Part shown: positions 19,339-35,054 of the stretch, piece by piece
Numbering within the stretch: the stretch's first letter is position 1
Layout of the letters: every line of letters starts with the position of its first letter
Source: the human T2T-CHM13v2.0 reference genome, Homo sapiens
NCBI RefSeq assembly: GCF_009914755.1
Contig: NC_060943.1
Strand: one strand, 5' to 3'
Length of the DNA: 64,000 nt
The notes under the pieces: model-generated
The model's input: only the letters and a program-made list of their open reading frames with translations
Databases searched by the model: none
What the model was told of the DNA's origin: nothing
Position numbers and translations under genes: made by a program

Positions 19339-19353
19339 CTATGGATTGTGTTT
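19339..19353 (-). CDS. BSPH1: Candidate 15-nt BSPH1 micro-exon, (E)TQSI(D)
   Basis: ctctcccttccatgtcag|AAACACAATCCATAG|gtaaag; phase 1-1, open. Confidence 0.45.
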   Translation of the reverse strand, partial: KHNP

Positions 19354-19498
19354 CTGACATGGAAGGGAGAGTATCTTTTTCTTTCTTAAGGTACCTAAAG
19401 CAAGGGAGACTGTTGCCCTCCATGGCGACTGGGATTTGATTACATACAGCAGCCGATGTGCAGGACTCCGTCCCAGCCAGGGTCACCTGTCTCCTCAC

Positions 19499-19595
19499 CT
19501 TCTTCCAGAACGTTAAATACAGCGCCGACCACACCACCGACCACACCGCGAATCAGGCAGACCCAAACCAGCAGGAGCCCCATGTGCCGGGCCAT
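19499..19595 (-). CDS. BSPH1: Candidate alternative BSPH1 first coding exon encoding a signal peptide
   Basis: agcATGG Kozak; MARHMGLLLVWVCLIRGVVGGVVGAVFNVLEE; AAG|gtgagg phase-1 donor, in frame with exon 2. Confidence 0.65.
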
Positions 19596-19637
19596 GCTCC
19601 TGTCAGACACTCGTGGTCGACCAGCTGATGTCCAAGA

Positions 19638-19644
19638 TTTTATA
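19638..19644 (-). promoter_or_regulatory. TATA box for the candidate alternative first exon
   Basis: ggggcTATAAAAtc on the minus strand, starting 49 nt upstream of the ATG at 19595. Confidence 0.6.
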
Positions 19645-19669
19645 GCCCCTGGAACTAACCACAACCACT

Positions 19670-20275
19670 TCCCCTCCCTGTCCCTCCTCTCTTTCCCTCC
19701 TCCCCACTTCTTCCTTGTCCCTCTCCTTTTTCACCTTCTCCTCCTCCTCATTCTTTTTCTCCCTTCTCCTTCTCCTCTCCTCCTCCTCCTTCCTTTCCTC
19801 CTCCTTCTTCTTCTCTTCCTTCTCCTCCTCCTCCCCCTCCTTTTCCTCCCCTCCTCCTTTTCTTCTTTCTTCCCCTCCTCCCGGTCATCCTCCTCCTCCC
19901 TCTCTTTCCCCTCTGTCTCCCCCTCCTCCTCCTCCCCCTCTTCCTCCTCTTCCCTCCTCCTCCTCCTTCCCCTCCTCCTCCGTCTGCTCCTCCTCCCCCT
20001 CCTCCTCTTCCTTCTCTTTCTCCCCTCCTCCTCTCCTCCTCCTTCTTCCTACTCTCCCTCATTCCCCTCCTTCTCTCCCTCCTCCTCTTCCTTCTTCACC
20101 TCCTCCCCCCTTCTCCCCCCTTTCCCTCTTTCTCCCCTCCTCCTCCTTCCTCTCTTCCTCCTCTTCCCTCTTCCACCTCCTTCCCTGCCTCTTCTCCTTC
20201 CTCCTCCTTCCCCTCTTCCCCTTCCTCCTCTTCTTTCATCTTTCATCCCCACCTTCTCCCTCCTTCCTTGCTCTC
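19670..20275. repeat. Polypyrimidine (CCT/CTT)n low-complexity tract
   Basis: About 600 bp almost exclusively C/T on the plus strand. Confidence 0.95.
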
Positions 20276-20335
20276 ACTCTGCTCCAAAGTTAAGCTATCT
20301 ACCTTGCATAGGAAGAAATATAGAAAAAGAAATAC

Positions 20336-20408
20336 TTAAAATAACAGGGAAGATGCAAGCTGAGGAATTTCGCGTCGTTTCCACGAAGAGAAGCATCAGG
20401 GAGCCCAT
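20336..20408 (-). CDS. BSPH1: BSPH1 first coding exon as I recall the reference protein
   Basis: MGSLMLLFVETTRNSSACIFPVIL + A|gtattt; exon sum 73+21+30+132+143 = 399 nt = 132 aa + stop. Confidence 0.92.
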
Positions 20409-20521
20409 GGGCAGTCACAGGCTTCCCGGTATCTCAGATCTTCCTGGTCTTTGTCAGCCAGGGCTCAAGAATCCCCTGGAGAGGCCCAGGGAGGCTTCTT
20501 GGAAAAGCAGGTTTGCTTCCC

Positions 20522-20529
20522 TAATATAA
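20522..20529 (-). promoter_or_regulatory. TATA-like element upstream of BSPH1 exon 1
   Basis: TTATATTA on the minus strand about 115 nt upstream of the ATG at 20408. Confidence 0.4.
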
Positions 20530-20812
20530 GCACCTTTGTTGATGCTCCACAAACCTTCAGTGTGGGCCACTGTTCTCTGGAGGCCCTTGGTGATTAACCT
20601 AATGGGCTGCAGATGGCTTTGAAGTTCTGAGGAACAAGTGGTGCAGCCTTATGGACACCTACATTTCCAACTATGAAATAAATAAATAAATAAATAAAAG
20701 TATTTAAAAAAGAAAAATCAGATTAATCCTGAATTCTGAAACCCAACGTGTTCTTAGTTACTGTTCCTTTTTTTTTTGAGACAGAATTTTGCTCTTGTTG
20801 CCTAGGCTGTAG

Positions 20813-21618
<806 letters not shown>

Positions 21619-21942
21619 TCAAAAATGTCAGCAACTATCAAATTAGAAACTCTTATGAAATAAAAGCCTATCCAAGACTTTAAAAATACCTTTGAGGAAT
21701 CCTAGTTTTTGGAAATGACTGTTGCCTTCACTTATTTCTAACATTTCTTTTTTCTTTTCTTTTTTTTTCTTTCTTTTCTTTTTTTTTTTTTTTTACATGG
21801 AGTCTCACTCTGTTTCCCAGGCTGGAGTGCGGTAGCGTGATCTTGGCTCACTGAAACCTCCACCTCCTGAGTTCAAGCGATTCTCCTGCCTCAGCCTCCC
21901 AAGCAGCTGGGACCAGAGGCGTGTGCCAGCAGACCCAGCTAA

Positions 21943-22167
<225 letters not shown>

Positions 22168-22513
22168 TGATTATATTCTACAACATAATGGGTGGTCTCT
22201 GGCACACTGCCTTTTTGCTATTATTATTGATACTTTATGAAGACCAAGTGTGCTAAGACATTGTACATTTGCGGAGCCACCCATTCTCCCCTTTAACATC
22301 TTTGTTTCATGTCACTCTTCACTGCATTGCATGTCATCAGTTTCCCATTCTGCAAGTATTTCTTCAATCAGTTTCCCTTTATTATTAGCCATACGAGATC
22401 CAAAAATCCCTTAGCAGGTTAATGTGGACTGGGTGCAGTGGCTCATGCCTGTAATCCCAGCACTTTAGGAGGCCAAGGTGGGTAGATCACCTGAGGCCAG
22501 GAATTTGACACTA

Positions 22514-22706
<193 letters not shown>

Positions 22707-22959
22707 CTAAAAAAAAAAAGAAAGAAAGAAAAGAAAAGAAAATAGTAGGGCTTTTTCATTGTTCAGCTGAAACCTCTCCAGCTCCTCATAGCTGAATTTC
22801 TGGGAACGTTCCCTCCTCTGTTCATTGATATTCTTGTCCCTGACCCCAGCCCCCGCAAGGCCCCTTCTGTGTACACTTGACTGAATTTTATGGGCCTCGT
22901 GGATATGCATGGGCTTATCTCCAGACATCATAAATTAACCACAGCTGATCTCATCCAGA

Positions 22960-23138
22960 CTGCCTTCTGACAGTAACCACTGATGAAGAACCCTCCTTTG
23001 AGAAGCTGCCTTTGTGTCCTACAGACAGGCTGGGGCCAAAGCCATTCAACCAATCCCCAGATAATCCAGAGCTCTTGGGAGCAGAACCTTAAAGAGAGAT
23101 CGTGGAGAGAGCCAGGGCCCAGAAGAACTCTCTCAAAG
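22960..23138 (+). other. ELSPBP1: Probable ELSPBP1 non-coding exon 1 (start approximate)
   Basis: CATAAAT TATA-like element at 22929-22935, unique sequence, AAG|gtacat donor at 23138; fits my recollection of the gene span. Confidence 0.6.
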
Positions 23139-23229
23139 GTACATTTTGACCCGGAAACTTGGGAGGGTGTGACAAGTGGGGTCTTAGGGCCCCCATAGCA
23201 AAGAAGGAAGGTCTAGAGCATCATGGTGC

Positions 23230-23530
23230 ACTAGAAATATAATACGAGCCACATAAATCATTGTAAGTTTTATAGCAGAAGCACTTTAAAAAACTAAGAA
23301 GAGTGCAATTTATTTTAATAACATGTTCTGTGGAATCCATGTATATCTAAACGATTATCATTTCAACACATAATGAATACAAATAATTATTAATGAGATA
23401 CTTTACATTTTTTCCCTATACTTTGTCTTCAGAATCAATAGGTATCTTACACTTACAACATAGAACAATTTGAACTTTCCCATTTCAAGTGCTCAAGAAC
23501 CAGAAGTAGCTGGTGGCTGCCATATTGGTT
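23230..23530. mobile_element. hAT-Charlie MER3/MER33-type DNA transposon remnant
   Basis: tagaaatataatacgagccacat...catttcaagtgctcaagaaccagaagtagctggtggctgccatattgg. Confidence 0.65.
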
Positions 23531-24464
23531 CTGGAAGGGGACAGCCAGAGAAAGTAGGGAAGGTGGTCTTGTGGGTGAGGTCCTTTCTCTGTTAATAAAC
23601 TCAAAGAAATGGGTTAAACCAGATTCTATGAATGATGTAATGCTAAGGAAGGTTGCCTGAATCCCAAGCTTAGGGAAGAAACTGAAGAAAAGGGAACAAG
23701 TTACCTGTTAAGAGACTGGGTGAATTACTTATTAAATTCTTGGTAGTGGATTAAAATCTTCATGGTTCTGTCAATGTTTGGACCATTTCTCCAAGGTAAG
23801 GCTTACTCTCCCTATTTTAGGAAAAAGAAAGTTGAGATTCAAAAAGAGCTTACTGAGATCCTGTTGCTTCTCCCTCCAAAGGCAGCCTAAATATGTAATA
23901 GAAGAGGTGTGTGTGTGCGCCTAGAGGTGGAGGGAAGGCTTACACTGAAGTTTTGTTTCAGATCTGGGGTCATTTGCTGCTGAGAAGCAGAAGGACTCAT
24001 TATTTTGAAGGTACACTATACTTCAGTGACTTTACAGCCCCATGTGTGCCTGTAATTATTCACAATGGCTTCTATAGTTTAGGTTTTATCTCCACTAAAC
24101 AGATAGGAATACTGACTTGGAGTTCAGAGAGGTGAAATGACCTTCCCAAGGCCACCCAGTTGAAACATGGGAGAGGTAGGATTTGAACCCTGGTTGGTTG
24201 GGTGCTATTATCTTCTCACCGCTCCACTGTGAAATTATTTTGGCTTAAGAGAACGAGAGGGCAGAGGCTGTGGGCTAAGCTGCCTCTTGGGCACCCTATC
24301 AGGGCCTTAATACTACCAGTTGTATCTGCCATTATTTTCCATGTTGGGTGGTAGATATTGGTGCCAATGTCTTATCTATAGCTGTTTGAAGACAGCTATC
24401 ATATCTGGTTCCTCTTGGTACCCACCACATTTCCTTATAGATGATAGGGTTCTTGAATACTCAT

Positions 24465-25040
24465 TGGATGGGTGGTGGATTGAAGGAAGATTAAAGAATG
24501 AAAGGAAGGATGGGTGGATAGAAGAATGGATGAACAGTGAAAGAATGGATGGATGGAAGGATGGATGAGAAGTGGATGAATAAACTGAAGGATGGATGAA
24601 ACGATTTATCTCTGATTGTTGAAGGCAGAAATCATGTATGGTTCCTCTTGGTACTTGACACAGTTTCTTATGGATGGTGGGTTTCTTAAATACTTATTTG
24701 ATGAATGATTGATGGATGGATGATAAGAGGATGGATTCAATGAATAATGGATGAATAGAAGGATAAATGAATGGACAGATGAGTGGATAGATAGATGGCT
24801 GGTGAAAGATGGGCAAAAGGATGGGAGAATTGATAGACAGATGGAAGAATGGGTGGAAGGATGAATGGGTGGATGAATTGATGGATGGATGTATGGATGA
24901 TGGAAGAAGATAGATGAAAAGATGGATAGATGGAGGAATGGATGTAAGAATGGGTGGAAGGATACATGGGTGGATGGGTGGATGGATGGATGATGAAAGA
25001 AGAGTTGGTAAAGGGATGGTTGATGGATGGATGGATGAGG
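24465..25040. repeat. Degenerate (TGGA)n simple repeat
   Basis: Repeated gatggatgga/gatgaatgga units. Confidence 0.9.
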
Positions 25041-26831
25041 GAATATTAACAATGAAGAGTATCATTAAGCAGAGAAAAAATTTCTCAGAAGGTAATATTT
25101 TCAGGAAAGTTTGAAAGCCAATAAATAACAAAAGTAAAAGAAGAGAATTAGAACATTCTCAAAATGTTTGCTTAATTAATTAATTACTGCCGGTCTAGCA
25201 TGGTGAATGAATGTTATCATCATCATCATCGTCATCATTAATGGCCAACATTTATTGTGAGTTATCTCTATAGCACGCATTGTCTTAAGCATTTTGTATC
25301 TTTCATCTAATTCAATCCTCCCAACAACTCTATGAAGTAGAACTGTTTATTAGCATCCCCATTTTATAGAGGGGTAAGCTGTGAAGTACCTTATTAAATG
25401 TCACTCTGCTAGGCACCACTGAAACATCCACACAGGTTTTTAATTACTGGCATGCCAGTGGAATTGGAATGCCAACACCAAGAGGCCCCGGCACAGCGCT
25501 TTGCTCTATAGATGTTCAATAAATTTGGTAAGTCAATAACTACCTCATAAAATTAATCCATTCCTAAGACAGCCATCTCATTGTTGCAGATTTTTCATTT
25601 TGTGATTTTAAACTGCCTCCTATTGCTTTACTCAGGGTGTTCTATCTTTTTTAAAAACCATTTTAACTCTGCATGTTTTCATGTGAGCATATGTGCATGC
25701 ATATACCTGTATATGTGCACATATGATGTGTGTATATTACACATGCCTGTATACATATATACACATCTATAATGTATACAGGCATGTGCACGTATATGTA
25801 TATACACATTATGTATGTGCATATACATGTATAATTACTGTTTCTAAAATGTTTTATTGATACACAACAATTGTATATATTTATTGAGGTACGCGTGATT
25901 TTTTTTCTTTTCCTTATTTATTTATTTAATAGACATGGTGTCCCACTCTGTTGTCCAGGCTGGTCTCAAATTCCTGGTCTCAAGTGATCCTCCCACCTCA
26001 GCCTCCCAAAGTGCTGGGATTACAGGTGTGAGCCACTGATGTGATATTTTGATACATGCAGACAGTAATGATCAAATCAGGGTATTTAGGATATCCATTA
26101 CTTTCAACATTTATCATTTCTTTGTGTTGGGAATATTGCAACTCTTCTCTTCTAGGTATATACATAATTAAATTGTTTTTAAAGACATAAGTCACACATC
26201 TGTGATAAAAACTTAATTGGAAAGAAGTCTCCTATTTACCCCTGGTTCCCACTTCCAGAGGTGATTGATATCAGTGGCTTCTCACATGCCCGCTCAGGAA
26301 AACACTCTGTACATGTATGTGCATGGGGAACACAGATGCAGTGTCTTGCTGAGAACTACAAGGCTCTGACCTAGGTTTGCTAGTGTCACCATCTTTTCGT
26401 TCCTCTGCACTTACTCCAAAATTGGTAGTCAGCAGCTTCCAGTAAAATCTCAAGGATGGCCTGGGCGCGGTAGCTCAATCCTGTAATCCCAGCACTTAGG
26501 GGGGCTGAGGTGTGTGGATCATGAGGTCTGGAGTTCAAGATCAGCCTGGCCAAGATGGTGAAACCCCGTCTCTACTAAAAATACAAAAATTAGCCGGGTG
26601 CAGTGGCAGGCGCCTGTAATACCAGCTACTCGGGAGGCTGAGGCAGGAGAATCGCTTGAACCGGGGGACAGAGGTTGCAGTGAGCTTAGATCGTGCCACT
26701 ACACTCTAGCCTGAGTGACAGAGTGAGACTCCATCTCAAAAAAAAGAAAAAAAATCAATCAATCAATCAATCAATCTCAGGGATTGGGCTAATGAGCCCG
26801 GGCATGCGCATTAAGAGACAAAATGGCAGAG

Positions 26832-27274
<443 letters not shown>

Positions 27275-28333
27275 CTAAGGGGAAAAATGAAGGGTCCAGC
27301 CATGTGGCCCTCCCTTCTGTGCGTCAGAACATGTCACATTGTTTCCCACATCAGCAGCTTTGCCCTCACTGATCCCTGTGCCTGGAATGCTTGTTCCTCA
27401 CACTGTGTGTGGCTGACTCTAGGTTTTGGTTCAAACATCACCTGCTCAGAGAGGCCTTCCCTGACCACCAAAGGAGACATCTGTCAGGCATGATTGTTTA
27501 CATTCCCCTGTTTATTATTTTTTTTCATTGCACTTTTCATATTCTGAAATGATTTTGGTTTTGGTTACTGTGGTAGAATACACATAAGATTATGATTTTA
27601 ACTATTTTAAAGTGCACAATTTAGTGGCGACAAGCACATTCACAATGTTGCACCATCATCACCATTATCTATTTCCAGGAACTTGTCACCACCCCATACT
27701 GAAAGCCTCATTTCTTTTTTTTTTTTTTTTTTTGAGAAAGAGTCTCGCTCTGCCACCCAGGCTGGAATGCAGTGGTGTGATCTCGGCTCACAGCAACCTC
27801 CACTTCCTGGCTTCAAACAATTCTGGTGCCTTAGCCTATGGAATAGTTGGGATTACAGGCATGTGTCACCACGCCTGGCTAATTTTTGTATTTTTAGTAG
27901 AGATGGGGTTCAACATGTTGGCCAGGCTGGTCTTGAACTCCTGGCCTCAAGTGATCCACCCACCTCGGCCTCCCAAAGTGCTGGGATTACAGGCGTGAGC
28001 CACCACCCTGGTCAGAAAACCTCATTTGTATTTTGTCTTTCCCACCCTAGTAAAATATTAGCCTCATGCAAGAAGGAATTTCACCTGTCCAGTCTACCGA
28101 CAACTCCACATAGTAGGAGGAACACAACAAATATTTATCACATACGTGATTTTTTTTTTTTTTTTAGGAAATGGGGTCTCGCTCTGTCATTCAGGCTGGA
28201 GTGCAGTGGTGCAATCATAGCTCACTGCAGCCTCAATATCCTGGGCTCAAGTGATCCTTCCCCCTCAGCCTCCTGAGTAGCTGGGACTACAGGTGTGCAC
28301 CATCTTGCTCAACTAATTTTTAATATTTTGTAG

Positions 28334-28474
<141 letters not shown>

Positions 28475-29214
28475 TGAGCACTCAGCATGTGCCAAGAACT
28501 CTGCTTACATTGTATCATTTCATTCTTCCCCCACCCCGGCCGCCCCCCAAAAATCCTGCCCCCTCCCCCATCCCCCATAGATGGAGTCTCACTCTGCCCA
28601 GGCTGTAATGCAGTGAGCCAAGACTGGCACGATCTTGGCTCAGTGCAACCTCTGCCTCCTGGGTTCAAGCAATTCTCCTGCCTCAGTCTCCTGAGTAGCT
28701 GGGATTACAAGTGCGTGCCACCACGCCCAGCTAATTTTTGTATTTTTAGTAGAGACGTGGTTTCACTATGTTGGTCAAGCTGGTCTCTAACTCATGACCT
28801 TGTGATTCGCCCTCCTCGGCCTCCCAAAGTGCCGGGATTACATTCATTTCATTATTAAACAGTCCTACGGGATAGATTTCAGTTGTCTCATATATAGAAA
28901 AGAAAGCTGAGAGTCAAATACATTCCATAACACTCTGAAGGTCACACGGATGAGCAGAAATTCGTATACAGGCTACCCTTTTCCGAAGCCACAACCACTT
29001 ACGTATTTCTCCATTGTGGAGATGAGGACTCCGAGCTGTGCGTGTGTCCATGGAGCCACACAGCTGGCTTGAGAGGGAGCCTAAGGTTAGACACCTTTGC
29101 TCCGTACCTGTTCCAGGATGGCTGATTCAAATGGGACAGAGATAATGAAAATGATAACGATTAATATTTACAAAGCACGTTTTATGTGGCAGGCAGGGTT
29201 TTCAGCCCCCTGTG

Positions 29215-30420
29215 TGTGCATTAGTTTTCTGCAGTGGCTGTAACAAATCCCCACACACCTAACCGACTTGACACACATTTGTTCTCTTACAGTTCTGTGA
29301 GTCAGTCTCACTGGGGCTAAGATCAGGGTACCAGCCAGGCTGCATTCCTTCTGGAGGCTGTAGGGAAGAATCCGCTTCCTGGCTTCTTCCAGCTTCTAAA
29401 GGTCGCCTGCATTCTTTGGCTCGTGGCCTCTTCCTGGCATAACTCTAACCTCTGCTTTCTGTTGTCACACCTGGTTTTCTGACTCTCCTGCCTCTCTCTC
29501 TGTTTTTTTTTTTTTTGACACAGAGTCTCGCTCTGTTGACAGGCTGGAGTGTGGTGGTGCAATCTTGGCTCACTGCAACCTCTAACTCCCTGGTTCAAGA
29601 GATTCTCCTGCCTCAGCCTCCTGAGTAGCTGGGATTACAGCTGAGTAGCTGGGATTACACCACACCCAGCTAATTTTTTTTTTTTTTGTAGTAGAGACGG
29701 GGTTTCACCATGTTGGCCAGCATGGTCTCAATCTCCTGACCTCATGATCCTTGTGATCCACCCGCCTCGGCATCCCACCACCTCTCTTTTATAAGGGCCC
29801 TTGTGATGACATTGGGTCCATCTGGGGAATCCCGGATCATCTTCCCATCTCAAGATCCTTAGCTTTATGACATCTGCAAAGTCTTCCACACTCCTTTTTT
29901 TGAGACAGGGTCTGGCTCTGTCACCCAGGCTGGATCATAGCTCACTGCAGCCTCAAAACCCTGGGTGCAAGTGATCCTCCTGCCTCAGCCTCTTGAGTAG
30001 ACAGGACTACAGGCATGTGCCACCATGCTAGTTTTCTTTCTTTTTTTTTTTAAGATTGTTTGTAGATAGGGGTCTCACTGTGTTACCTAGGCTGATCTCG
30101 ACCTCCTGGGCTCAACCAGTCCTCCCACCTCAGCCTCTCGAATAGCTAGGACTGCAGGCATGTGCCACCATGCTGGCTGTTTTTTTTTAATTTTAAGATT
30201 TTTTGTAGATACGAGGTCTCACTATGTTGCCCAGGCTGATCTCAAACTCCTGGGCTTGAGTGATCCTCCTGCGTCAGCTTCCTGAAGTGCTGGGATGACA
30301 ATTATGAGTTACCATGACTGGCCCGCAAAATCCACTGTGCCATGCAACCTAGCATATTCGTGGACTCTAGGAATTAGGACGTGGACAGATTTGTGTTGGG
30401 TGGGTATTATTCTACCCACC
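29215..30420. mobile_element. MLT1-type LTR fragmented by Alu insertions
   Basis: cagggtaccagccaggctgcattccttctggaggctgtagggaagaatcc...ctctaggaattaggacgtggac. Confidence 0.7.
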
Positions 30421-30956
30421 AAGCGTCTATGAACGACACTAACATTCTGTAGCAGCAACAGTGATCACCATCCCTTCCACTGTGCGGATGAGGACTGAGA
30501 CCCAGGAAACTCAGTACTTTGTTGGGGTCACAAAGGTAGTAAGAGGCAAAGCATGGAAACCCAGGTGGTTGGGCTCCAGGGCAGGCTCTTTCTGGCATTA
30601 TAACCTTCTGCCTGTCTGGATCTTAGCATCTAAGCCAAAAATTATTCATTTGAATCTTGAGGAGAAGGGTCAAAATGAAAGCTTGAGGTTAATGAACCAA
30701 TTAAGGTGTAGGAATTGGGGTTTTGGGCCAGGCAGGAATATAAGCATGACACTGCAGGTAGTCAAGGGTTTAGAGGAGGTGGCAAAATTTGTCTCTCCCC
30801 CATCTCCATAAATAGTAATTAAAACATCTCGCTTGGGCCGGGCGCAGTGGCTCATGCCTGTAATCCCAGCACTTTGGGAGGCCCAGGTAAGCAGATCACT
30901 TGGGGTCAGGAGTTCAAAACCAACCTGGCCAACACGGTGAAACCGTGTCTCTACTA

Positions 30957-31262
<306 letters not shown>

Positions 31263-31847
31263 TCATTTGATGATTGGAAAAACTATCCCCATATTTTCCT
31301 GTGGTTTGACTCCATAGCCACAGCAACCCTTTTTCCGACCAGCCAAGAAACAGCAGCGGTGGCAGGATGCTGGTCCCAACCACCCCGGGGCTCAGGACAG
31401 AGGGTTCTCCAAGCATCTGAACCTGCCAGTGCCCAAAGCATAACTTGGTCCTCACCTGGATGTTCCAGACGAGACATGGGTGTCTGGCTATTAGGGCTTG
31501 TTTTACAGTTGAATAATTATTTTGAATGGCCCCTAAAATATTTTCTATGAATATCCATAACTTGGTCTGTGCAGAGTCATAAACCTTCCAGACCATCAGT
31601 TGCTACCAATTCTTCGAATTTGCACAGAACTCTTTATTGCACAAAGAAGCAAGCCATGCAAATAGCTGGGGTCAAGGGATCATCCCAGGCAAAGAGAAGA
31701 GCGAGTGCAAAGGCCTTGAGGTGGCTTCTGCAGGAAACAACTAAAAGGCAGATCGAGGGAGGGGAAGGAAGATAAGAAATGAGTTTGAGGGAAGGCACAG
31801 TATGGACTAGGGATTGTATTCTAAAGGTGATGGAGGATTTTGAATGA

Positions 31848-31991
<144 letters not shown>

Positions 31992-32156
31992 TAGCTGGGA
32001 CTACAGGCACCTGCTACCACGCCCAGCTAATTTTTTTTTTTTTTGTATTTTTAGTAGAGATGGAGTTTCACCATGTTGGCCAGGCTGGTCTCGAACACCT
32101 GACCTCAGACGATCTGCCCACCTCATCCTCCCAAAGTGCTGGAATTATAGGCATGA

Positions 32157-32583
<427 letters not shown>

Positions 32584-33291
32584 TAGAATCTGAGGGAGGC
32601 TCTACAGGGTCCGGTCCCATCCATCTCACCATGCATCTCTGTGGCCTTGCTCCTCCTCACTTGTTGTAGAGACGAGGTGTCACTGTGTGGCCCAGGCTGG
32701 TCTCAAACTCCTAAGCTTAAGCCATCCTCCTGCTCAGCCTCCCAAAACACTGGGATTATAGGCATGAGCCACTGTGCCCAGCCTGGGCCTTAGCCATGCG
32801 GGTCCCACTTGCTCCTTGAGCACATCTAGCTTTTTCCATCTCAGGCAGTTTCCACGTCGGCTTCTCCTGCCTGGATGTATCCCCCACCCCCATACCTCCA
32901 GCTCCTCTCACGTCTCCCTCCTCCATCTGTTCCTCCAGGTGTCAGCTTACCTGTCATTTCTCAGAGCACCCTCCCCTCACCTCTCAATCAAAAGTGACCT
33001 TGTCCTAGTTGTTCCTGAGACTCGTCCACAGCAATGATCACAGCGAAGAGTTGTATTTGTTTCTGGTTTCTTCGCTTCATATCTGTCTCCTTGGTTGACT
33101 CTCAGCCCCACGAAGGCAGGGCCTATGCCTGCTTTACCCACTGCTGCATACTCATCGTGTAGCCCTGGCCCCACATCTTTTAAATGCTCAATAAATACTC
33201 ATTCCTGAGTGGATGCATAAAGCATGCATCAGGAAAGGGCCCATACTGGGCACAGTGGCTCTTGCCTGTAATCCCAGTGCTTAGGAGGCTA

Positions 33292-33681
<390 letters not shown>

Positions 33682-34699
33682 TTAACAGCAGAGGCAGGAA
33701 AAGCGGATAGATTCAGGAGCTCCAGAAAGTAGAACCAACTGACTGATAGAACACAGCAAGAGACAGGGACAGCAGATCTACACTGGGGGCTACAACTCAG
33801 GTGGTTGAGAAGAACATAGTGCAATTAAATGAAGTAACATGGGGGAAGGATAGCATATTTTGGGCTGTATCTCAACAGCCAAAGCTTGGAATTTGAGATG
33901 CTTGAAGGACATCTAGGTGGACATGTCTGGGAGGCAGTTGAAAATACAGTTCTGGCTCTCAGAAGTGAAACAATACTATATGAACAATACTATTTTGGAT
34001 GATATTTATGAGTTCTTAGCACATGTCCGGTCCCATGTTAAGCCTAGAGGCAGCATCGTACATTGGTTAAGAGCTCAATTACTCTGAACTGAGTCAGATT
34101 GTTGGAGTTCACTTGCAAGTTCTCCAACTTGCATGATCTGTAACCCTCAGCAAGGTGCTTAAGCTTACTGTGCCCCATCTGTGCATATCTGGGGTAGTAA
34201 TGGTACCTACCACGTTGGGCTACTTCCTATCAGGATTACAGTGAATTTAGAATAGTGTGTAGCACTCAATGAGTTTTATCTGTTTTTTGTTTTGTTTTGT
34301 GTTTTGAGACAGAGCCTTGCTGTGTCGCCCAGGCTGGAGTGCAGTGGTGCGATCATAGTGCACTGCAGCCTCGACCTCCTGGGCTCCAGTGATCCTCCCA
34401 CCTCAGCTTCCTGAGTAGCTGGGACTACAGGCATGCACCACCATGCAAGGCTATTTTTTTTATTTTTGTAGAGATGAGGTCTCACTATGTTGTCCAGGCT
34501 GATCTCAAACTCCTGGCCTCAAGCAATCCTCCCATCTTGGCCTCCCAAATCTGTCATATTTTTATGATTGTCGTTAATCATCATAACAAGGCTGAGTGGT
34601 AGATAGGATTAGCATCCTCATGTTTTGACACGACGAAACTGAGGCTTAGAAAATTTAAGGTTGGGCCCAGTGGCTCACGCCTGTAACACTAGCACTTTA

Positions 34700-35054
<355 letters not shown>

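Noticed and set aside
19456-20529. 357-aa Leu/Ser/Pro-rich ORF and overlapping ORFs
   Set aside because: A C/T-only tract cannot encode stop codons; low-complexity artefact
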